56,893 bases of DNA from Perkinsus chesapeaki ATCC PRA-425. Lineage: Eukaryota; Protista; Perkinsozoa. The stretch lies in contig JAAPAO010000182.1 of assembly GCA_013115145.1 (NCBI GenBank), forward strand, positions 1 to 56,893, in the 5' to 3' direction. The notes beneath the pieces were generated by a model, which saw nothing but the letters and a program-made list of their open reading frames with translations, did not search any database and had not been told where the DNA came from. Of the stretch, positions 47,792 through 56,893 are shown piece by piece. The translations under genes and the position numbers were made by a program. Position 1 is the first letter of the stretch, and the number at the start of each line of letters is the position of its first letter.

Positions 47792-50590
47792 ACATGACAA
47801 GCTCATACTTCATAATGACATGTCCTTGTTGAGATTTTGAATGTTCCAACAATCACGGCAATTGTGTTTGTCAATTTATCGGCTTGCGGTCCGTAATAGC
47901 GCATCTTAACGATTCATTTTCAATGCTTCTCAAGTGGCTTTGGCCAATCCTTTCGATAATCATAACCTCTGGGTAAGAATAAGGTGAAACTCCAACAACA
48001 GACGTCTGATGATCTCAGGGTGGAGTGCCCGAAATGTCGAGGGGCTGCTCCACGGTTGTCCAGTTTTTTACAACAGCGCAACCGACGAGAGGGCTGTCCT
48101 TGCCATGAGAGCTCTACGTGATTACATCGGTCATTTGACTCTCCGCTGTTCCTTCTGTGAAGCAATGTGTGCGCTGCGTTGCGAAAGGTTTGGTCATCAC
48201 CGGTGTTGCTTGGCCAGGCCTCTTACTTATTTCGTCACCCAAAATGACAGTCATCCGCCTTGGTCTCGTGGGGATGATCTACGCCCTTCTAGGAACAACG
48301 TAACTCTCTTGAAGTCTGTGTTTCGGCGATAGCAGTCTTATGTTCAGGTTTTCAGGTTGTGGTGGCTGCTGTTGCGGCTTCTGTGGTGACCACACAAGTA
48401 GCGTTCACGAACAAAGTGTTGAGTATGATGATTCTTCGGAGCGGTCGGCCGCACTGTTGCACTTGGCAAGGCAGCTGAGCCCTCGAAGGAAGGAAAGAGC
48501 TTCAACGACACCTGCTGGTAGCGATACCTGGATTCGAATTCCTATTGGTCAACCGGTCTTCCTTTAGATGATGGCACGTCCACGAAACTAGCCCCTAGTA
48601 GCACAACGACACCTGCACAACAGAAACGGTTATCTAATATGCTGGACATGGCAACAACCACAACACCGCGGATTCCGACTACCAGACCGTCTACCACTAC
48701 TGCTAGGAGAACTACTACCCCAAGGACAACTACTACCACTACTACCACAAGAAGAACAACCTCTCCAACACAGCCTAGTACTCCGCCGCGAATGGTGGAT
48801 CCATCAGAACCAATGTCTAGTAGCAATCGTCAGCCTCCATCTTCGAACTGGGCCAATGTGAGTTTTCCAGCTTCTACCTTAAAACTTCGCTAACACTCAA
48901 GGCATTGTCTCGAATTGCTGAAAGCCTGTCGTAGCCTCACGTGCATTCCTTCCTCGAAGCTATCTTTTAGCCTATGGTTCACTAGAAGTGGATATTCATC
49001 AGACTACGACCCATTCTCGTTCGATGTCAACCCTCTGGTCAGCAAAACAGGTTAATACTCTATTACTTTCGCCAGCGTCTATTCATTCCTGTGACAACGT
49101 GCTTGAAGCTCGTAGCGCTGAGCTACGTCTAATTTCTTATCTATGATATGATTTATAACTGTCAAAGTGTGCTTTATTATTCCCAAACTTCAGAGATGGT
49201 TGTTCGGCTGGCGAGCCGGGGGCCTACAATATGTGCGTGTGGTCAGGTTAGCCCTATGGAGCAAGATCCTAGTGGCAAGAAGAGCTGCACCATTCATTCC
49301 AGTGACGGCAGTAAAATCACAGTTTATTCTGAGCCGGCCGCCGGAGGTTCGATATATCCGAAGACAACTGCACAGTGCAAAATTGGGTAAGCTGACATTA
49401 TCATTCTAACGGCAAATGTTAGTCTTTTTCAGAGGAGTAATGAGAAGTGTTTTCCAATGTTTACGCGGACTTAAACGTATCTTTGGCGACAACTTCCACA
49501 CTTACTTCTTCAAAATGGATTGTAAAGAAGTCTTTAGAAACACCGGCATCCAAGCAAGCAGTAACGATGAAGGTGTTGCTGAGATGTGCAGGAAGCTTAC
49601 ATCATAAACATGACAAGCTCATACTTCATAATGACATGTCCTTGTTGAGATTTTGAATGTTCCAACAATCACGGCAATTGTGTTTGTTAATTTATCGGCT
49701 TGAAGTCCGTAATACCGCATCTAGCCCAATCATGCCCAACAGTGGTCTTGGTCAGTCCTCTCGAAAGTAGCAACCCCTCGGTTTAGAAGCTCTCCCTGAG
49801 AGTTATCTGAGAAACCGACTCCAACAACAGACGTTTGATAATTTTAGAGTCGAGGGCCCGAAATGTCGAGGGGCTGCTCCACGGTTGTCCAGTTTTTTAC
49901 AACAGTGCAACCGAAAAGAGAGCTGTCCTTGCCATAAGAGTTCCACTTGATTACATCGGTCGTTTGACTCTCCGTTGTTCCTTCTGTGAAGCAATGTATG
50001 CGCTGCGTTGTCAAGGGCTGGTCATCTCCTCTAGTGTTGCTTGGTCAGGCCCCTTAATTGTGTTATCACCTAAAATGTCAGTCATCCACCTTGGGCTTTT
50101 GGGAATGCTTTTCGCCATTCTATCAACAACGTAACTCTTTTCAAGTTTGTGTTTAACGATACCGTTTTCTGTTTAGGTTTTCAGGTTGTGGTGGCTGCTG
50201 TTGCGGCTTCTGTGGTGACCACACAAGTACCGTTCACGAACAAAGTGTTGAGTATGATGATTCTTCGGAGCGGTCGGCGGCACTGTTGCACTTGGCAAGG
50301 CAACTGAGCCCTCGAAGGAAGGAAAGAACTTCAACGACACCTGCTGGTAGCGATTGATACAGATTCCTATTGGCTTATCAATCCTGTTCAAGATGATAGC
50401 ATCGATCAAGAGTCTACAACATTGGTGCCGAGTAGCACAACAACACCTGCACAACAGAGGCGGTTGTCTAATATATTAAACATTGGCACTACAACTACAA
50501 CACCACGGCCCCAGACTACCAGGCTGTCTACCACTACTGCTAGGAGAACAACTACTACCGCCACTAGCACTACCACAACAACCACCACCA
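47455..50590 (+). repeat. Recent tandem segmental duplication, two imperfect copies offset by about 1.82 kb
   Basis: About 47455-48760 aligns by eye with about 49271-50590, including exons, introns and the intergenic spacer (e.g. 47600 vs 49416). Confidence 0.9.
48244..49607 (+). CDS. Signal peptide / FSGC / Thr-rich / 4-Cys domain protein (member G)
   Basis: MTVIRLGLVGMIYALLGTT|FSGCGGCCCGFCGD...TPA|DDG..T-rich..SSNWAN|VSP...SCTI...AQCKIG|GVM...MDCKEVF...EMCRKLTS*. Confidence 0.8.
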
Positions 50591-51264
50591 CTAGAAGAAC
50601 AGTTAAAACGCCTCAAGAAACACTCGCAAGGGTGCCCACCACTAGTGCTAGCCGGCGTTACTCCACGAGTACAACGCCACCATATTTCCGCGCTCGATCG
50701 AGTCCTCCTCCTCCTCGGACCCTCCCTCCTACAGCGGAATGGTCTGGAGTGAGAGCCTGCCACCCGAGGATTTATAAGCTCTCTCCTCAGTTACCGAACC
50801 ACCCGCAACCAGGAGATAATCAAGAATGCACTGTACAGGATGGTCCTTTGATGGCGAGATTAACCAAGAACATCGTCAATACTAGAGGGTGCTTCCGAGC
50901 ACGTCTTGAGCTACATTGCGGTGACAAGTAAAGATCAAGTTGAACTGGAGAGCGCCTTCTCATTCATATCTTAATTTCGCGTAGATAGGTGAACCATCTA
51001 ATGATTCTCCTGCCAATATTGTATAATTTGTTCATACTTATATAACGTTATTCAACTGGCCTTGATTTCTATCATATTTTCAGGAGATCGTTCACCCTAT
51101 CCACCTCCACTCTCATGAATGATATCTTCTGGTCCACAGCATTCAAGCTCATGTACCAAAGGCAGATTCGTTGTGGCTCCATCTTCTCGACCTTCAACAT
51201 ATTAGCGAACAGCAAAAAGGAGGGTATACTGAAAATGTGCGAAAATGCGTCAGGTTCGAGATGA
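50075..51264 (+). CDS. Signal peptide / FSGC / Thr-rich / 4-Cys domain protein (member H)
   Basis: MSVIHLGLLGMLFAILSTT|FSGCGGCCC...AEWSG|LPNHPQPGDNQECTV...RARLELHCGDK|RSF...IRCGSIFSTFNIL...LKMCENASGSR*. Confidence 0.75.
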
Positions 51265-51550
51265 GACAAACGACGACCACTGTCAGACTCGTCATTGTCC
51301 TTTCCATGTGCACCATGTAAAATGTGCTTGTCCCTTTGGATCCTGCGCGAAGCACGTTTGTCAGAAGTGCTTTCCGGCGGTGTTTAGTTTTACATCGGCG
51401 GTGACTGACATCTAGGAAACCCATGGTCATTTATCCGGTCCTAGTCTTCCTTATCTTTTCGTATAAAGATCGATACAAGGCTGCTTCGTGGTTCGATTCG
51501 ACAGAATTAATACTTCATACCAGGCCTCTTTAATCCCTTTAATTTCCATC

Positions 51551-52400
51551 ATGGTACACAAGTACGTCATAGCTGGATCGATGTAAGTCGGGGCGGGGGC
51601 GAGTCGAAACGATTCGACCTTTTTATTTTCAGGATTGCACTCGCCAACAGTCTCTCCGCGAAAGTTCCTTTCTTTCGCAGTACTACGTCTCTCTTGCAGG
51701 TTGAGCTGAAGACCGTGCCAACTTGTAAGTGGTGTTTCCGAAGATGCTCGTCTAGAGCGTTTCTGCTGCCCTTCAGGCGTTCCAGCTGGATTCCCGCCTC
51801 CAGGCGAACAACCTCGTGAAGGCTCGGGGAACCCATCCAAGGGCACGTCGCCACCAAGTTACAGCTCGTCGAAAAACCCACCACCGCCGGCAAAACTTGA
51901 ATCGCGGAGCAAGGACAGTCCACCCCCGAGCTACCGTTCATCAAGGGACGCGCCGCCGCCTAGCTCCAGTTCGAGCGGTGGTGCTTGGCCTGGAGTAGGA
52001 CTGCACAGAATATAGCGTTTAATTGGCGTTGTTGTTTGCAGCTGGACAGTAACCCGCGTCAAGGCCTTAAACAAGAGTGTTTGGTCTCTGATGGGCGAAA
52101 CGGGGTTAAATTGACTAAGACGTTAGTTACGATGGAGAAGCTCTGCTTCCGAGCGGAGATTCGAATGACGTGTAACGGGCAGTAAGTTTGTGACAAGTAT
52201 CGCTGTCTGCACGGCACTGCGATCCCTTCAGGAACAAGTGGATCGGCCTGGGGCAAATGCAGAGAGATCCCAATTTCAAACCGGCGATAGATGCGATGAG
52301 CTACGACAAGTTCATCGACTGCCAGAAAGTCTTCAGATCATTCGGTATATCGGCTCAGAGTAAATCCGATGGCATCAATCAAATGTGCCAAAGAGCCTAA
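51551..52400 (+). CDS. Secreted Pro/Ser-rich / 4-Cys domain protein (member I)
   Basis: MVHKYVIAGSM|IALANSLSA...VELKTVPT|CVPAGFPPP...GAWPG|LDSNPRQGLKQECLV...RAEIRMTCNGQ|NKW...IDCQKVFRSFGI...NQMCQRA*. Confidence 0.8.
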
Positions 52401-52505
52401 TAGACAAGATCATGTCAATGTCATGTTAAATTGTCTTGTGATATTACAAGGGTCTCGTGTTGACAGTCAAACTAAACACAACGATAGTTCTGGCCGAGAA
52501 ACAAA

Positions 52506-55500
52506 TTAAGGAGGGGTTTCGCCTGCTTTTGGACTCATCGTATGGAAGAGCTCCAAAATGGTAACGTTATCCGTAACATCCTCTGGAAGCTCACCAGCTT
52601 TGTTCTTTCTACAATCTGCACCTCCAGATAGTAGCAGCTCAACCTAATAAGGCGTATGAGGTTGACTTAGGGCATGTATCTTACGGTCTTCCTATAGCCA
52701 TGTCGCGCTGCAAAATGCAGGGGCGTGTCACCTGTATCCAGCAAGCATTGGGCGCATTGAGCCCCTAGGCCTTGGAGGCGACCAACAAGGCGTGCAACCA
52801 TAGCTGAACCGCACGACAAGCGTTGGCACAGAGGGAGAAGCGGCAGGCTCACTATCGGTTCGGTAAACTCCGTTTATAGGCATCACCGCCAATAGCACTG
52901 GTGTGGCCCCGCCGTCAACTCGGTTGTATTGGTTAACCGCTGACGCTATATGTGAAGGGACACTGGTCGGGGACTCCCCAACGTATGCATTTAGGAAATC
53001 TGTGAACTACTCGAGGCGTGGAGAGTATTGGAAGAATGCGCCACTAACTCACTCTTCTTTCCGAAGGGATGTCGATGGCCTCACGCACAAGCATGTGAAA
53101 AACGTTATCCCCTGTGTAAGGATGGACGACGTCTGCATGACACGAGAAAGGCCACGACGCCAATACCGATACGACCGGCCCGGGTCTATGTAACTGATGG
53201 AGTGGCTAAGTCACTGTAGCATGCTGCAATCCATGGAGTACCAAAGCAGCCATCATTAGAAGGCTGTAGCCGGCTAACAGAGAGTTGCTGCAGTCGATAT
53301 CGCATAGCGCAAGGATGTCCGTGAGCTGAGTGAATGGTGTTTAAGGGATTTGTGACGCTCACCCCGCCCACCTTCTTTGGGTCGTCGCACCGCTCTACTG
53401 CAATGAAGGCAGACTCGAGGACATCTCTTGTTTCGCTTCTCGGATCCGCCGCGGATTTGGGTGGTGTTATTTCCTTGGTATTAATTCCATCTCTTTCAGA
53501 AACGAGTTGATAGTAAAAATAGCTGAGGGGGTCTACTGAATAGCAACAGTGGATAAATACCTACTCCTCATCAAGACCTCCAGCGCGGAAGTCCTCTAGC
53601 CGAGCCTCAAATCTATCCTGGTCTAATTCGCACGCCTTCAAGGGGTCGTTCACAATGTCGCTTATCTGATCGGACCTCCTCGTCAAGGGCAAATTACCTC
53701 CGCTGATTCAGCAATGTAGCGGACTTACGACTGACCGCAGCCGCGGTGGGAGATCATCGTAGGAGCTAGTATGTAAATCTCGCTTCGGTTTGATCGCTGA
53801 TGCAGAAGCAGGGCGCGAAATTCCTGGTAATATGAACGGTTAAACACACGGCGTATTACAGCGTTATCTACCTCGCGTCGACTCTGACGACAGTTCCGAA
53901 TCCACGGGCGACGGACAGGGGAGCGGCGGGGCAGGAGGGGGTTTCGATGACTTCACAGAGGTCTTCCAAATCACCTAGACGATCCAGCCACTATAACACA
54001 GAAGTCGCCAAAATCGCGCTGATCAAGCCGGGACCATCACGATACACGGAAATTACTTCTCTCTTGCCGTGGGTTTGGACAACATCCGACTCGCACAGAG
54101 AATGTAACTCGGAAGCCAACTGAGCAACAAGGCCATCACCGGACAGGCACGATCCACTTCCAGAGGAACCTAAGTTTCCAAAGAATGCAATGCAGGAAAC
54201 ATCTTAACCGTGAGCATTATGAATTGAGTTTTCCTAGTTGGAGTATCGTCACTAATTATTCGTCGAGGCAGCAACAGATGCGCTACTCTACGCCGTCACA
54301 TGCTAGGTCACAAGAGTCCTGTGACTGAGGCCTTCACAAGCAAGCCGGAGATTGCAAGCCTCACAACTCATTGGATATAACGCATACCTGGTGCGAGAGA
54401 TACTGCGGTCACCACTGCATCTTGGCCGGGATGTTCCCATTGAATTTTCCCGGACTCTATGTTATAGTAGTACCTAAGAAGGCCGACTATTCTGCTGGCA
54501 TTTTTAACTTCCCTCCATCGAATACTCTCAGCCTGAGAGTCGGAAGTACAGCGCCTACTGTACTAATGTGAGCCGGGTTCAATGAGTCCATGTTAACCGC
54601 AACGCGGGAACGCCACTACAGAATACTATAACTATTATACTTACGGGAGACCAGTAGTTGACCCGGGATCATACGACATGTATTGATACCATCGATTAGA
54701 CATTAGACAAGGGGTAACATCACAACTGGGGAAACTAAGCACTTATTATCCAGTAGGAGCGGTGCGGGCACTGTCAGTGACCCACTGACGGCCCAGTGAG
54801 CCGGGTCCACTGTCAAGACTGGGCGAAAACGACGATGAAATTCATCGGATGAAGGATCAGCATTCGTTAGAGGAAGGACACCAATGATTGACCCCCTGAC
54901 TTAACACAGAAATCGTGGCAAAATATAGGCGTCCAAACATACATCGATCTCGCAGCTACTGAAGACGGCAACAATATCCATAACTTCCGCAGCTTGCAGT
55001 TGTCTGACTGTTAGCTCTCTTACAGCATTCTACAACAAGTGTCATACTTCATATGTGATGCGGAAGCGGAAGGTAACTACGGGGTAAAGGCCAGAATGCT
55101 CTGCTACTGTACTACAGTAACTGTAGCATTGTTACACCGTACAACGTTACAGCTCATACGCCGTGTTCGACCACACGGACTGCCTACCTGCTGTTAACAG
55201 TTATCAATGCCTCCTCGTATAGAGGAAAGGATCTCTCGGCCCAACGCTTTGAGGTAAATGTACAGGGGACGACGGGAGGAAAGGGTTTGACTCTCGCGGG
55301 GGCTGTTGCGGGGTTTGATGCAGTACCGGCCTTTCTAGTGGAGGCAGGTACTGGACCGGTTGCAAGTCGCGACGTCGCGGAAGCTCTTCGCTAGACCCCC
55401 ACAGCAGCGCCGGGCCCTCTCGCACGTCGTCCCAGGCAACAGGGTCCTCTGTCTGAAATAAACTTAGTAGCGTCTACCAATGAAGTCGCAGTGGGTAGCA

Positions 55501-56227
55501 TTTGTGAAAGCTCATCTCATGATTCATCGATGTTTGCCTTGGAGGTGTAGATTACACCGTTCATAGGACATTTATTACTCTCACAGCTTGTGCTTCAGGC
55601 TCTTCATAAAGCCTACGAGGGCTACGACTCCGGGACATTCGCCTGCCTCGACCTTTTCCAGGGGGCAAAACTCTCGAGGTTACTCTGGCGCGTCTTAAAC
55701 TGAAGTAGCGCCGTCAAGATGATACTGTCGTGGCCACCTTAGGGCCTCCACGGCAGCTTACTTTCTTTCGCTGCCAGCATCCGACTCTTGTTTGGTTGCG
55801 AATCGTGGCAAAGGGCTCTCAAACGACTGGAGCATTGCGACAACAGAGGAGTCAGCTACTGCTCTTTGTGCTGCCTAAAATAGTGCGGAGTTGCAAGCTT
55901 CTCCATCGAAAACAAAATGCGCAAGTGTCGTCGATAAGCCTGAGTGGCTAAGGTTTTGACTTCCGCGCCTGCTCCTCTTAAATATCCAAACAAGCTAAGC
56001 GAAGTTCACGGACGCAGTACACTCACCCGCGTGATGACATCTAAGAGTTCCCGCGAGTAACAATCTGCATCCTGTACAGCTCCCGCGAAGCCCTCTCCGA
56101 GTATATGATATGCACGGATCGCCTCAGATACTCTTGGATCCTCCATATCGGCGTCTGCCCGATATACTACGCCGCATTTCCACTCACCACCCTCCGGTTT
56201 TCGGAAGCGCCTTTGAGGAGGGGCCAT
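52506..56227 (-). CDS. Multi-exon protein with C-terminal ankyrin repeats (continuity of upstream exons uncertain)
   Basis: GDTPLHFAARHGYRKT|VELLLSGGADC...AGELPEDVT; also VNQYNRVDGGATPVLLAV and LAGYSLLMMAAL. Co-oriented exon-like segments extend to MAPPQRRFRK at 56227. Confidence 0.5.
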
Positions 56228-56763
56228 TGCGAGTCCTACTGGTAAACTCGGGACGATTCTGATAAAGAGAGCGCTAGGCATGCGGGCGCGCTATCAAATG
56301 CATAATGCATGACGCAGTACCCAGCGACGGTCGCTGAGCGACCCGATTCGAGGGATGGCTGGAGTGCCAGACTTACTGAAATATTATGAAATCGCTGCCT
56401 GCATCGTCTCTGAAAGTCGCTCGAGAGCAGCCACTGTCACCGCCACGCACACCAGGACCAAAGTGGTGGTCGACAAGCCACCCAACCACTCTAGCGAAGA
56501 CTTGGAACTTTGCAGGATCTTTCACCGGGAACCAAAATATTTGTTGCTCATGGTTTTGCGGGGCACCTACACAAGAGGGGCTGCTCTAAATCCTCCACGA
56601 AAGAGCGACTGTCGCTGACAAGGTTCGCATAACAAAGTGGCAGTGGACTGATCCGCTACGCAATATATTACGTGTAGTAGCAGTTCGCCATTCTCCATTA
56701 TCATCCCATACAAGTTGTGCAGATGCCATGTGGTGGGCGGGGTAACTCTCTGACGTAAAGGAC

Positions 56764-56860
56764 GGTCGAACGTCACACGCATCGCTTGGACGCACACGTC
56801 TCGTGAGAAATTTAGCGCACGCTAGCGGGGTCGAACGTATACAGAAAACGGGTCGAACGT
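56764..56860 (+). repeat. Three copies of the decamer GGTCGAACGT
   Basis: Exact copies at 56764, 56829 and 56851. Confidence 0.8.
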
Positions 56861-56893
56861 CAACAAACGCGGAGATATGCTGATATACATTAA

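Noticed and set aside
47920-49994. Paired minus-strand ORFs MLHRRN(S/N)GESNDRC...
   Set aside because: Explained by the segmental duplication of the spacer; the copies differ in length and frame, so there is no sign of coding constraint.
51072-51944. Minus-strand ORFs 51072-51269, 51451-51846 and 51567-51944
   Set aside because: Antisense to exons of family members H and I, which fit the conserved exon pattern.
1-56893. Spliced-leader gene or relic (ACCGTAGCCAT..GGCTCAAG)
   Set aside because: Only 8-nt partial matches were seen (e.g. about 1296 and 10725); no convincing copy on either strand by eye.
1-56893. CRISPR array or prokaryotic operon or defence system
   Set aside because: No regularly spaced repeats with unique spacers; genes carry spliceosomal introns throughout.

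Overview
This is intron-rich eukaryotic genomic DNA with short GT-AG introns, most consistent with an alveolate of the Perkinsus type (inferred from gene style and the myzozoan-like ATP synthase gamma; not verified by search). About 1-10 kb is an accessory region with secreted-protein genes, a gag-like ORF and short repeats. Recognisable genes are EFG1, a BUD22/SRFBP1-like gene, symplekin-like, RAD9-like, tRNA dimethylallyltransferase, ATP synthase gamma, tRNA-Pro(AGG), two ankyrin genes, a large EF-hand gene and a PAM2 protein. A 592-bp internally deleted Tc1/mariner-type element has about 140-bp TIRs. The main observation comes from manual splicing: nine paralogs in two tandem arrays (16.9-21.4 kb and 46.9-52.4 kb) share a four-cysteine C-terminal domain and intron positions. 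Seven of them, plus a tenth gene lacking the domain, have a signal-peptide exon spliced onto a lipobox-like xxGC motif, and one copy looks chimeric from unequal crossover. All exon structures were assembled by eye and no database searches were run.
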